DNA of 58,753 nucleotides from Clostridia bacterium (GTDB lineage: Bacteria > Bacillota > Clostridia > TANB77 > CAG-508), in assembly GCA_045537285.1 (NCBI GenBank), contig JAZSPC010000018.1:1-58753 (forward strand), in the 5' to 3' direction. Below the pieces are notes generated by a model. It saw only the letters and a list, made by a program, of their open reading frames with translations. It searched no databases and had not been told where the DNA came from. The translations under genes were made by a program, and so were the position numbers. Of the stretch, positions 39,014 through 48,977 are shown piece after piece. How positions within the stretch are numbered: the stretch's first letter is position 1; each line of letters begins with the position of its first letter.

Positions 39014-39062
39014 ATCGAAGAAATAATTGACTAAAAAACAAAAAAAGAGGAGGTTTTATATT

Positions 39063-39569
39063 ATGAAAGAAGAAATGAGTGATTTTTTGAAGTTTGTAAA
39101 GAAATATGGTGAAATTAAAGATGTAGAAGAGGCCTTTAAAGAGTTTCCACCAGAAGAAGAATGGCACAAAGGAAGAATTGAGAATGTATTAAGAGAAGAA
39201 AGTGAAGAGTATAACCTATATAAAGTAGGTGATATTGTTTATGTGAATAAATATTATTATTTAGATGGAAGTGCTGGGGAAAATCATTTTTTCGTAATAA
39301 TAGAACAAGATAATATTGCAGTACCAATAGAAAATCTAGGAATGCTTATTTCATCTAGGTTAGAAAAATTAAAATACAAATCAAATATTGAATTAAAAAA
39401 AGATCAACTTAATAATTTGGACAGAGATAGTATAGTGAAAACTGATGCAATTTACAAAATACCTAATGATCAAATATTATTCAAAATGGGGGAAGTTTTA
39501 CTAGATAAAATAGAAGAATATAAAAAATGTTATAGAGAAAATAAAAAATCAATCGGTTATAATTTATAA
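39063..39569 (+). CDS. Hypothetical protein with PemK/MazF-like C-terminal domain and acidic N-terminal extension
   Basis: AGAGGAGG RBS. The pattern GDIVYV...GENHFFVII...GMLISSR...SNIEL...RDSIVKTDAIYKI follows the MazF/PemK SH3-like fold; this is weak by-eye similarity. Confidence 0.45.
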   Translation: MKEEMSDFLKFVKKYGEIKDVEEAFKEFPPEEEWHKGRIENVLREESEEYNLYKVGDIVYVNKYYYLDGSAGENHFFVIIEQDNIAVPIENLGMLISSRLEKLKYKSNIELKKDQLNNLDRDSIVKTDAIYKIPNDQILFKMGEVLLDKIEEYKKCYRENKKSIGYNL

Positions 39570-39584
39570 CCAATTGATTTTTTG
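39544..39584 (+). terminator. Rho-independent terminator overlapping the CDS end
   Basis: 18-nt arms aaaaatcaatcggttata / tataaccaattgattttt with one mismatch. Confidence 0.8.
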
Positions 39585-39644
39585 TATATTTTCAAAATTT
39601 CTACAAATACTAAAACAAAAATATTTTAGAAAGGTGGAAAGTAT

Positions 39645-40082
39645 ATGAAAGTAAAAGAATGTATGTGTGGTAATGTTTGCTATTGTACACCAAACACAAA
39701 AATTTCAGATGTTGCAAAAATGATGAATCAAAATGGAGTAGGGTGTATACCTGTATGTGATGATAAAAAGTGTGTTGTGGGGATTTTAACAGATAGAGAT
39801 ATTATACTAAGAAGTATAGCTTGTGATAAAGATGTTTGTAACACAAATGTAAGTGAGATAATGACATGTAATACAGTTTGTTGTGATTGTAATGAAGAAG
39901 TAAATACAGCAGCTGAAAATATGGGAAAAACAGGTATAAGAAGAATACCGGTAACAGAAAATGGAAAACTAGTTGGAATACTAACAATGGGAGATTTAGC
40001 AAAACACCAAAATATAAGTTGTGAATGTGTAGGAACAACTTTCGAACACATTTGTAATTGTGATAATAAAAATAATAAATAA
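39645..40082 (+). CDS. CBS domain pair protein, unusually Cys-rich
   Basis: Two CBS repeats (GCIPVCDD...GILTDRDI and RRIPVTENGKLVGILTMGDL). Many Cys residues at both termini. Confidence 0.8.
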   Translation: MKVKECMCGNVCYCTPNTKISDVAKMMNQNGVGCIPVCDDKKCVVGILTDRDIILRSIACDKDVCNTNVSEIMTCNTVCCDCNEEVNTAAENMGKTGIRRIPVTENGKLVGILTMGDLAKHQNISCECVGTTFEHICNCDNKNNK

Positions 40083-40132
40083 ATTTTAATAAAACCTTCT
40101 TATTCTACATAAAATAGGAATAAGGAGGTTTT

Positions 40133-41230
40133 ATGATTACAGATATGAACTATTACAAAAAAGTAGGAAAAAGAATAGTAGCATTTGTATTTACACTATT
40201 ATTGCTATACATAGCATTTAAACTTTCTATTTTTTATATTCCATTTTTAATTGCATTTATAATAAGCTTAATTATAGAACCATTAATTAGAAAAGTTATG
40301 AAAGTTACAAATTTAACCCGCAAAGTAAGTGCAATAATTACTTTAATATTAGTTTTTGTAATAATTATAGGTATACTTATATGGGGAATAACAAGCCTTA
40401 TTACAGAAGCCTCAAATATTTTAGAAAATTTAAATAATAATATGGAGAATATTACAAACACAGTTACAAGTTTAGTAAGTAGCTTTAAATTTGATAATAT
40501 AAAAATACCAGAACAGATAAAAACAATTGTGCAAAATAGTTTGAATGATTTAACAATAGAAGGAACTAATGTAGCACAAAAAGCATTAACTAGTATATTA
40601 AACACAGTAACACATATTCCTAAATTAATGATATATATAGGAATAACAATTGTGGCAACATATTTTGTTTGCACAGATAAAATGTATATATTAGACCAGA
40701 TGGAACATCATTTGCCTAGAAACTGGGTTAATAAATTTGGATATAAACTAAGAAAAGTAATTTCTTCATTAGGAGATTATTTAAAAGCAGAGGGGGTCAT
40801 GATATTAATATCATTTTCAATAGTATTAGTGGGCTTAGTACTATTAAATTTAATTGGAATGAATGTTAGATATCCAGTGGTTATTGCTTTATTTATAGGA
40901 TTTATAGATGCACTTCCAATATTAGGAGCAGGAACAATAATGCTTCCGTGGGCCGTGATATCAGCATTTAATGGTGATATTCAGCTTGCAATATGTTTGA
41001 TTGTCTTATATATAGTAATTATAGTTACAAGACAATTAGTTGAGCCAAGAATAGTAAGTAGTCACATAGGAATACATCCGATATTTACACTAATTGCAAT
41101 GTATACAGGTTTTAAAATAATTGGTGTTGCAGGAATGTTTGTTGGACCTGTAATTTTAATAATATTAAAAAATATTTTTGAAACAATGATAGATAATGGG
41201 GTTGTAAAAACAATATTAGATAGAAAATGA
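40133..41230 (+). CDS. ytvI: Sporulation integral membrane protein YtvI (AI-2E/PerM transporter family)
   Basis: 365 aa with 8 TM segments, typical AI-2E topology, and a C-terminal GPVILIILKN segment. aaggagg RBS. Confidence 0.75.
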   Translation: MITDMNYYKKVGKRIVAFVFTLLLLYIAFKLSIFYIPFLIAFIISLIIEPLIRKVMKVTNLTRKVSAIITLILVFVIIIGILIWGITSLITEASNILENLNNNMENITNTVTSLVSSFKFDNIKIPEQIKTIVQNSLNDLTIEGTNVAQKALTSILNTVTHIPKLMIYIGITIVATYFVCTDKMYILDQMEHHLPRNWVNKFGYKLRKVISSLGDYLKAEGVMILISFSIVLVGLVLLNLIGMNVRYPVVIALFIGFIDALPILGAGTIMLPWAVISAFNGDIQLAICLIVLYIVIIVTRQLVEPRIVSSHIGIHPIFTLIAMYTGFKIIGVAGMFVGPVILIILKNIFETMIDNGVVKTILDRK

Positions 41231-41255
41231 AAAAGTGGCTATAAGCCACTTTTTA
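41231..41255. terminator. Bidirectional terminator between convergent genes
   Basis: Perfect 10-bp arms aaaagtggct / agccactttt with a 3-nt loop. Confidence 0.85.
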
Positions 41256-41795
41256 AAGTATAACAGAAGTTGGAATATATGTGTTGTCGGGAGGATAAAC
41301 ATATTCTTCTTCTGGTTTTGTAGTTTCTTCAATTTTATTTATATCGATTACAGGAATTTCATTATGATAATATCCTTTTATTATTTCACCGGTTACATTT
41401 ACCCATGTTCCTTCTTTTAGATCTTTTGCTTTATCATAAGAGCATAAAAAGCCTACTACAACACTTTGCGAGTCTGAGTTAATAACCATATCCCTAGCTA
41501 AAACAAATTCTGTTTCTTTTAAATCATAAAGTTTATATACATACCCTGTAAAATTGATGGATTGCCCAACATAAGTATCAACATCATCATAAACTTGTTT
41601 TAAAATGTTAGTATATTCATGTGCTTCAATTTCGGCAATAGAATTTGATGGGAGAGAATCATTTATAACGAACTTGCTTTTGTAATAAAAATTGTATACT
41701 GAAACAGAAAAAATTATTAGAGATACAATAATTATAGAGATTATTATTACCCTAAAAATAGCATTTCCATTTACTTTTAAATTATATACAAACAT
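41253..41795 (-). CDS. Membrane-anchored protein with DUF1980/TIGR03943-like C-terminal domain
   Basis: One TM, then GQSINFTGYVY...FVLARDMV...VVVGFLC...GTWVNVTGEI...PVIDINKIEETTKPEEEYVYP, resembling the YcgQ-type domain. Start taken at the ATG of MFVYNL. Confidence 0.5.
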   Translation of the reverse strand: MFVYNLKVNGNAIFRVIIISIIIVSLIIFSVSVYNFYYKSKFVINDSLPSNSIAEIEAHEYTNILKQVYDDVDTYVGQSINFTGYVYKLYDLKETEFVLARDMVINSDSQSVVVGFLCSYDKAKDLKEGTWVNVTGEIIKGYYHNEIPVIDINKIEETTKPEEEYVYPPDNTYIPTSVIL

Positions 41796-41976
41796 TGAAT
41801 CACTTCTTTCTGATAATTTATTAATAAAATGTATGCATTTTTTTACATTTATATGTGAAAATTTTGCCAAAACTCTTTATCTTTTTGTTAATTTATAATA
41901 TAATATTATTGTTTATTATGCGCGTTAATTTAATGCTAAAAATGAATTTCGAAAAACGAAAGGAAAGTGTAGTAAA

Positions 41977-44637
41977 ATGGGAAAAAATAAAAAACAAAAA
42001 GATGATACAAAGAAAGTAAAAAAAGTAAAGAAAACTAAAACAACAAAGAATAATAAAAAGAGAAGAATATGGCCTAAAATATTATTAGCATTTTTTATAC
42101 TAATGATTATAGGGGCTGGTATTTGTGCTGGACTTTTAGTAGGGATGAGTACTAAATATGCTATAACAAAAGAAGATTTAATTATAAATCTTTCAAATAG
42201 TGTTGTAGTAGATTCCGAAACACAACAAATAGCAGTTCTAAATGGAACTGAAAATAGAAAAATATTAAGTAAAAGTGAAATGGGAACATATCTTCCAAAT
42301 GCTTTTGTTGCAATAGAAGATAAAAGATTTGAAGAACATCATGGTGTAGATATACTAAGAACCGGTAAAGCAATCCTTTACTTTATGATTAATAAAGGTG
42401 AAGGTTCATCAGTTGGTGGTGGAAGTACAATAACACAACAATTAGTAAAAAACATTACTAACGAAAAAGATGCTCGTGGCTTAGAAGGTGCATTAAGAAA
42501 AGTAAAGGAAATGATAAGAGCATACCAAGTAGAAAACATTTTATCAAAAGATCAAATACTTGAAATGTATATGAATATTATCTTCTTAGGTGGAAATGTA
42601 CATGGTGTTGGTATGGCATCACAATATTATTTTAGTAAAGATCCAGTAAATTTGACACTTGCAGAAAGTGCCTTTATAGCTGGTATTACAAATGGACCAA
42701 ACGGATATAACCCATTTGGCGAAACAGATAGAAGTGAAAAAATTAAAAACAGAACCAATTTGGTACTTTCTTTTATGAAAGAACAAGAAATGATATCAGA
42801 AGAAGAATATAATACAGCAGTAGCAGAAGTTGAAGCTGGATTGAACTTTAAAGAAGGAAAAGTTGTTGATACATCTACATATTCATCTCATACAGAAGCT
42901 ATGGTAAAACAAATAATAAATCAATTAGTTACTGAAAAAGGGATGGATAAAGAATATGCAGAAACATATCTGTTAAGTAACGGATTTACAATATATTCAA
43001 CAGAAGTAGATAACATACAAGAGACATTAGAAAAAGAATATGCTAAAACAAAATATCAAACGAAAACAACGGTTACAAAAACAATAGATGGAAAGAAAAC
43101 AAAAGTTAAAGAAGCAGCTCAATCTGCAATGGTAGTTATAGACCATAAAACAGGTTATGTAGTAGGTGCAGTTGGAACATTAGGAGAAAAAACTACTGGT
43201 AACTTAAACAGAATAAATGAAATAAGACGTCAACCAGGTTCTTCTATAAAACCAATAGCTGTGTATGGACCTGCATTGCAAGAAGGATTAATTACAGCAG
43301 CATCTGTTTATGATGATGTACCAGTTACATATAAAAAATGGTCACCATCAAATGCATACTCAGGATATAAAGGTTTATCAAATATGAGACAGGCAATAAG
43401 AGTTTCATCAAATACAGTTGCAGTTCAACTATTAAAAGACCTAGATCCATCAAAAGCATTAAGTTATTTGAAGAAGTTAGGTGTAACTTCTATGGATAGT
43501 ACTAATGATAATAACTTATCATTAGCATTAGGTGGGATAACAAGAGGAATTTCTCCGCTACAAATGGCAGGAGCTTATGCTACAATAGCTAATAATGGAG
43601 AATATATAGAACCAACATTCTACACAAAAGTTGTTGATAGTAATGGAAAAGTAATAATAGAAGCTAACCAAGAAAAAGAAAGAGTATTTTCTGAACAAAA
43701 TGCATATATTTTAAAAGAATTATTAATAGAACCTACAAATACAGGAGGAACAGCAACAGCTTGTAAAATATCTGGAATAGATGTTGCAGCTAAAACAGGA
43801 ACAACAAGTGATAACTATGACAAATGGTTATGTGGATTTACACCATACTACACAGCAGCAACTTGGTATGGATATGATACACAAACAACAATTCCAAGTG
43901 GTTCAAGATCAAATGCAACTACAATTTGGGATAATGTAATGACAGCTATACATAAAGGTTTGAAATCCGCAACATTTAAAAAGCCAGATAAGATAACAAC
44001 GGTTGCGGTATGTAAAGATTCAGGACTTCGTGCAACTGAACTTTGTAAAAATGACCCAAGAGGAAGTAGAGTATATACAGAAAACTTTGTAAAAGGAACA
44101 GCACCAGAAAAAACATGTACATGTCATGTTGAAGCAGAAGTTTGTACAGCTTCTAATAAAGTATCAGGCGAGTTTTGCAGAAATAGAGAAACAAAAATAT
44201 TTATTACAAGAGATACAGATAGTAAATCTTGGAAAAAAGCAGGAGATGCCAAATATACATTAACAGATGAAATTTGTGATGTATGTAAAGCAGATACTAC
44301 CGCACCAGTTATTAGTATAACGGGTGGAAACACATTAACTTTAACAGTTGGAGACACATATACAGAATTGGGAGCAACAGCGACTGATGATGTTGATGGA
44401 ATACTTTCAGACAAGATTATAACAACAGGAACTGTAAATACAAGTGTAGCAGCAACATATACAATTACATACACTGTATCAGATACATCAGGAAACATTG
44501 GAACAGCTACTAGAACAGTAATAGTTAAGGTGCCAACACCTGTAACACCACCAGTTACAACTGAGCCAGAAAACGAAACACCATCAACTAATACAGATGC
44601 ACCAACAGATACAACAGTAGATAATACTGCTCAATAA
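41977..44637 (+). CDS. Class A penicillin-binding protein (transglycosylase/transpeptidase) with C-terminal Ig-like domain
   Basis: GT51 motifs EDKRFEEHHGVD and GGSTITQQL. Transpeptidase SSIKP, SSN, KTGT. The C-terminus APVISITGGNTLTLTVGDTYTELGATATDDVDG is a DUF5011-type Ig-like fold, followed by a Thr/Pro-rich tail. Confidence 0.92.
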   Translation: MGKNKKQKDDTKKVKKVKKTKTTKNNKKRRIWPKILLAFFILMIIGAGICAGLLVGMSTKYAITKEDLIINLSNSVVVDSETQQIAVLNGTENRKILSKSEMGTYLPNAFVAIEDKRFEEHHGVDILRTGKAILYFMINKGEGSSVGGGSTITQQLVKNITNEKDARGLEGALRKVKEMIRAYQVENILSKDQILEMYMNIIFLGGNVHGVGMASQYYFSKDPVNLTLAESAFIAGITNGPNGYNPFGETDRSEKIKNRTNLVLSFMKEQEMISEEEYNTAVAEVEAGLNFKEGKVVDTSTYSSHTEAMVKQIINQLVTEKGMDKEYAETYLLSNGFTIYSTEVDNIQETLEKEYAKTKYQTKTTVTKTIDGKKTKVKEAAQSAMVVIDHKTGYVVGAVGTLGEKTTGNLNRINEIRRQPGSSIKPIAVYGPALQEGLITAASVYDDVPVTYKKWSPSNAYSGYKGLSNMRQAIRVSSNTVAVQLLKDLDPSKALSYLKKLGVTSMDSTNDNNLSLALGGITRGISPLQMAGAYATIANNGEYIEPTFYTKVVDSNGKVIIEANQEKERVFSEQNAYILKELLIEPTNTGGTATACKISGIDVAAKTGTTSDNYDKWLCGFTPYYTAATWYGYDTQTTIPSGSRSNATTIWDNVMTAIHKGLKSATFKKPDKITTVAVCKDSGLRATELCKNDPRGSRVYTENFVKGTAPEKTCTCHVEAEVCTASNKVSGEFCRNRETKIFITRDTDSKSWKKAGDAKYTLTDEICDVCKADTTAPVISITGGNTLTLTVGDTYTELGATATDDVDGILSDKIITTGTVNTSVAATYTITYTVSDTSGNIGTATRTVIVKVPTPVTPPVTTEPENETPSTNTDAPTDTTVDNTAQ

Positions 44638-44662
44638 TAAAAATATATAAGGAGGAAACAAT

Positions 44663-46042
44663 ATGAGCTTAAAAATATATAATACTCTTACAAGAAAAAA
44701 AGAAGAGTTTAAATCAATTAATCCAAATGAGGTAAAAATGTATTCTTGTGGACCAACAGTATATTATTTTGCTCATATTGGTAACCTTAGAGCTTATCTA
44801 TTTATGGATAATCTAAGAAGAGTATTAAAATATAATGGATATAAATTAACTCATGCAATGAATATAACAGATGTAGGACATCTAGTTTCAGATGCAGATG
44901 AAGGCGAAGATAAAATGCTTAAAGCTGCAAAAAGAGAAAATAAAAATCCGTTTGAAATAGCGGATTTTTATACTAATGCTTTCTTAGAAGATATGAAAAA
45001 ATTAAATATTGATATGCCAGAAATTATATGTAGGGCAACTGAGCACATAGATGTAATGGAAAACTATGTTAAGCAAATTATAGAAAATGGATATGCTTAT
45101 GAAACAGATAATACTATATATTTTGATACATCAAAATTAGATAAATATGGAGTGTTATCAAATAGGAATATAGAAGATCAAAAAGCAGGCGCAAGAGTAG
45201 ATTTTGATGAAAGCAAGAAAAAGCCAACTGACTTTGCTTTATGGATAAAAGCACCAGAAAATCATTTAATGAAATGGGACACTTTTTGGGGAAAATGTTA
45301 TCCAGGATGGCACTTGGAATGTAGTGCAATGTCAGAAAAATATTTAGGAGAAACTTTTGATATTCATACAGGTGGAATGGACCACATTCCAGTACATCAT
45401 GAAAATGAAATTGCACAAGCCAAAGGATATTGTGGTCATATACCTGCAAACTACTGGATGCATATAGACTTTCTTCAAGTAAATGGTGGAAAGATGTCTA
45501 AGAGCTTAAATAATCTTTATACATTGGAAGATTTAAAAGAAAAAGGATATTTACCAGAAGTATATAGAATGTTTAACTTTTCTTCACATTATAAAAAACC
45601 AATAAACTTTACGTTTGAAGCAATGGATGCAGCAAAAGTAGCATTAAATCGTTTAAGAGAAGGTTATAAAAAACATTTATCAGGAAGTGATGAAGTTGAA
45701 GAAAGTGTTGTTAGAGATTTTGAAGAAAGATTTTTAGAAGCAATAAATGATGATTTAAATATGCCACAAGCTCTAAGTGTAATTTGGGATGTAGTAAAAT
45801 ATGAGAAAAAATCACCTATGTTAGCTAAGTTGTTATTAAAATTTGATAATGTTTTAGGTTTAAATATAGAAAAAGAAGAAAAAGTAGAATTGCCAGAAGA
45901 AATTATCAAAATAGTAGAAGAAAGAAAATTAGCTAGAATAAATAAAGATTGGCAAAAATCAGATGAATTAAGAGATAAATTGCTTTCTTTTGGGTATACT
46001 GTTAAGGATACCAAAGATGGAATGGAAGTAAATAAAAACTAG
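44663..46042 (+). CDS. cysS: Cysteine--tRNA ligase
   Basis: HIGN (FAHIGNLRAY) and KMSKS class I signatures. Confidence 0.95.
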   Translation: MSLKIYNTLTRKKEEFKSINPNEVKMYSCGPTVYYFAHIGNLRAYLFMDNLRRVLKYNGYKLTHAMNITDVGHLVSDADEGEDKMLKAAKRENKNPFEIADFYTNAFLEDMKKLNIDMPEIICRATEHIDVMENYVKQIIENGYAYETDNTIYFDTSKLDKYGVLSNRNIEDQKAGARVDFDESKKKPTDFALWIKAPENHLMKWDTFWGKCYPGWHLECSAMSEKYLGETFDIHTGGMDHIPVHHENEIAQAKGYCGHIPANYWMHIDFLQVNGGKMSKSLNNLYTLEDLKEKGYLPEVYRMFNFSSHYKKPINFTFEAMDAAKVALNRLREGYKKHLSGSDEVEESVVRDFEERFLEAINDDLNMPQALSVIWDVVKYEKKSPMLAKLLLKFDNVLGLNIEKEEKVELPEEIIKIVEERKLARINKDWQKSDELRDKLLSFGYTVKDTKDGMEVNKN

Positions 46043-46057
46043 GAGAATAATTGTATA

Positions 46058-47116
46058 ATGGAAGAAAATAATCAAAGAACAAACTTTTTTAAACAAGCAT
46101 TTAAAAGTGTGAAAGATTTAGATAAATATGAGGATTTTGCAGGAGAACAACCAAAAGTTGCATTTAAATATTTGCTAAAATTAGTTTTGATATTTACTGT
46201 AATAGTAACAGCATTTTATAGCTATAAAATAGTGGATAGTTTAAATAATGTTTACAGCAATTTAAAAATTGCTTTGCCAGAATTCTCATATTCTAATGGT
46301 CAAATAACTGTTAATGGAGAACAACCAATAATTCTTGAACAATTTGAAGAGTCAATTGGAAAAGTAATTATTGATACAAATATAACAGAAGATGCAACAG
46401 TAAAATATGAAGAAGAGATAAAACAAAGTACAGTAGCAGTATTAATATTAAAAGATAAAGTTATAATGACATCAAACGGTACAACAGGACAAGTCATGTA
46501 TAAATATACTGATTTAGTAAATGCATATGGCTTAACAGAGATTACTAAACAAGATGTTATAAATTATATAGATGAAATGAATGTTGTTTCAATATATTCA
46601 TCAGTATACTTAATGATATTTGTATATTTATTTATAGTTTACTTTATATCAATATTTGTAGATGTATTAATACTTTCACTTTTAGCTTTCCTTGTTTCAA
46701 GAATGACAAGAATAAGACTAAAATTTGCACCATCTTTTAATATTGCAGTACATGCAATAACATTACCAGTGTTATTGAATTTAATATATGTAATAGTTAA
46801 TTTATTAACAGGATTTACGGTAAAACACTTCCAACTTATGTATAACACCATTTCATATATTTATATAGTTGTCGCAATTTTGATGATAAAAACAGACTTT
46901 ATAAATCGCCAAGTTGAATTAATTAAAATAGCACAAGAACAAGAAAAAGTAAGACAAGAAATGCAAAAACAAAAAGAAGAAAAAGAAAAGGAAAAAGAAG
47001 AAGAAAATCAAGAAAAAGAGCAAAAAGAAAATAAAGGTAGGAAGAAAAAACAAAAAGAAGATGAAGGAGAATTAGAAGGTGGAGTAAATCCTTCTGTCAT
47101 ACAAGAAAAACAATAA
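46058..47116 (+). CDS. DUF1189 family membrane protein with Lys/Glu-rich C-terminal tail
   Basis: The NFFKQAFKSVKDL N-terminus is typical of DUF1189. Several TM segments and a low-complexity KEKE tail. Confidence 0.7.
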   Translation: MEENNQRTNFFKQAFKSVKDLDKYEDFAGEQPKVAFKYLLKLVLIFTVIVTAFYSYKIVDSLNNVYSNLKIALPEFSYSNGQITVNGEQPIILEQFEESIGKVIIDTNITEDATVKYEEEIKQSTVAVLILKDKVIMTSNGTTGQVMYKYTDLVNAYGLTEITKQDVINYIDEMNVVSIYSSVYLMIFVYLFIVYFISIFVDVLILSLLAFLVSRMTRIRLKFAPSFNIAVHAITLPVLLNLIYVIVNLLTGFTVKHFQLMYNTISYIYIVVAILMIKTDFINRQVELIKIAQEQEKVRQEMQKQKEEKEKEKEEENQEKEQKENKGRKKKQKEDEGELEGGVNPSVIQEKQ

Positions 47117-47137
47117 ATTTTAAGGAGCATTAAATAA

Positions 47138-48958
47138 ATGGCAAACAAAGAAAAAGAGAAAAGGAAAAATAATAAAAAGAAAGACAAAAAGTCTTTAAAT
47201 GCTATATATTATTCAATCTTAGCAGTTGTAATAATTGCATTAATGGTTGCAATTGTATATGTGTATTTCAATAATCAAAACAAAAATGAAGATAAAGAAG
47301 TAGCATATACTCAATTAATAAAAGATATTGAAGAAGAAAAAATAGAAGAGATAGAAATAACCTCTGGTAGCACAACAGCAAAAGTAAAATATAAAGATAT
47401 AGAAGAAGAAAAGACGGTAAGTATTTTGGATAAAGAAGCATTTACTGAGTTAATACAAAACAAGGTGCTAGAAGGAAAAGATATTAAGTTAGTACAAAAA
47501 CCAGTAAATATTATGGTGAGAATCTCTTCAACACTATTACAACTATTTCCAACACTTGTAATTCTAGCAATGTTCATAATGCTATTCAAAATGCAAGGAT
47601 TAGGCGGAGAAAAGAAGGTATATAATGGAGAAGAAAATGATACTAATGTTAGATTTAAAGATGTAGCAGGACTAGATGAAGAAAAAAACGAATTAGTAGA
47701 AATAGTAGACTTTTTAAAACATCCAAAAAGATTTTTGAATATGGGAGCAAAAGTTCCAAGGGGAATTTTGCTTTGTGGTAAACCAGGAACAGGTAAGACT
47801 CTAATTGCGAAAGCAGTTGCAGGAGAAGCAGGTGTACCATTTATATCAATGAGTGGTTCAGAGTTTATAGAAATGTTTGCAGGACTTGGTGCTTCAAGAG
47901 TAAGAAAGTTGTTTGAAAAAGCTAAAAAAATGGCTCCTTGTATAATATTTATAGATGAAATTGATGCGATAGGTGCAAGAAGAACAAGCAATAGTGGAGC
48001 AGAAACGGAAAATAATCAAACATTAAACCAACTATTAGTTGAAATGGATGGGTTTGAAAGTACAGAAACAGTTATAGTTTTAGCAGCAACAAACAGACCA
48101 GAAATGCTAGATACGGCTCTTTTAAGACCGGGAAGATTTGATAGACAAATAACAATTCAAACACCTGATGTAAAAGGGAGAGAAGAAATTTTAAAAATAC
48201 ATGGTGCAAACAAAAAGTTTGAAACAGGACTGGATTTTAAAGAAATAGCAGAAGATACAGCAGGCTTTACGGGTGCAGAACTTGCCAATGTTTTAAATGA
48301 AGCTGCGATAGTTGCAACAGTGAATAAACATAAAGCTATAACAAGAGAAGATTTAGACGAAGCTGTTAAAAAAGTAACAGTAGGTATTCAAAAAACAAGT
48401 AGAGTAATATCAGAAAAAGATAAAAAGCTAACAGCATATCATGAAGCAGGACATGCAATTGTAAGCAAATTCTTACCAAGTGTTGAAGATGTAAAAGAAA
48501 TATCAATAATTCCAAGAGGTTTTGCAGGTGGATACACTTTATACAAAACAGATGAAGATAAATTCTATATCTCAAAAACTCAAATGGAAGAAAAACTAGT
48601 TGCACTACTTGGTGGTAGAGTAGCTGAGAAACTAGCAATAAATGATATTTCAACAGGTGCAAGCAATGATATAGAAGTTGCAACAAAAATTTCAAAAGAT
48701 ATGGTTACAGTTTATGGTATGAGTGATGTTGTAGGACCAATATCTTTAAAAACAGATAATCCTTATGAATTACAACTATTTGGAGAAAATATTGAAGACA
48801 CAGTTGGAAAAGAAATCAAGAAATTTATAGATGAAGCATATAAAAAAGCGGAATTAATATTAAGTCAAAATATGAATATACTTCATGAAGTGGCAAATGA
48901 GTTACTAGAAAGAGAAACAATATCGACAGAAGAATTTGATAAATTCTTTAATAATTAA
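47138..48958 (+). CDS. ftsH: ATP-dependent zinc metalloprotease FtsH
   Basis: Walker A GKPGTGKT, second region of homology, zinc site HEAGHA. Confidence 0.95.
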   Translation: MANKEKEKRKNNKKKDKKSLNAIYYSILAVVIIALMVAIVYVYFNNQNKNEDKEVAYTQLIKDIEEEKIEEIEITSGSTTAKVKYKDIEEEKTVSILDKEAFTELIQNKVLEGKDIKLVQKPVNIMVRISSTLLQLFPTLVILAMFIMLFKMQGLGGEKKVYNGEENDTNVRFKDVAGLDEEKNELVEIVDFLKHPKRFLNMGAKVPRGILLCGKPGTGKTLIAKAVAGEAGVPFISMSGSEFIEMFAGLGASRVRKLFEKAKKMAPCIIFIDEIDAIGARRTSNSGAETENNQTLNQLLVEMDGFESTETVIVLAATNRPEMLDTALLRPGRFDRQITIQTPDVKGREEILKIHGANKKFETGLDFKEIAEDTAGFTGAELANVLNEAAIVATVNKHKAITREDLDEAVKKVTVGIQKTSRVISEKDKKLTAYHEAGHAIVSKFLPSVEDVKEISIIPRGFAGGYTLYKTDEDKFYISKTQMEEKLVALLGGRVAEKLAINDISTGASNDIEVATKISKDMVTVYGMSDVVGPISLKTDNPYELQLFGENIEDTVGKEIKKFIDEAYKKAELILSQNMNILHEVANELLERETISTEEFDKFFNN

Positions 48959-48977
48959 AAGGTAATGGAGGAATAAA

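Noticed and set aside
44638-44662. Expected T-box leaders upstream of cysS (44638-44662) and lysS (48959-48977).
   Set aside because: The intergenic spacers are only about 20-25 nt and contain just an RBS. Both synthetase genes appear to be co-transcribed with the upstream genes, so no T-box is present.
46925-47060. Purine-rich repetitive stretch (aaagaagaaaaagaaaaggaaaaagaagaagaaaatcaagaaaaagag...) as a possible repeat element.
   Set aside because: It is in frame within the DUF1189 gene and encodes a KEKE-type low-complexity tail. It has no unit periodicity or spacer structure, so it is not a CRISPR array or tandem DNA repeat.
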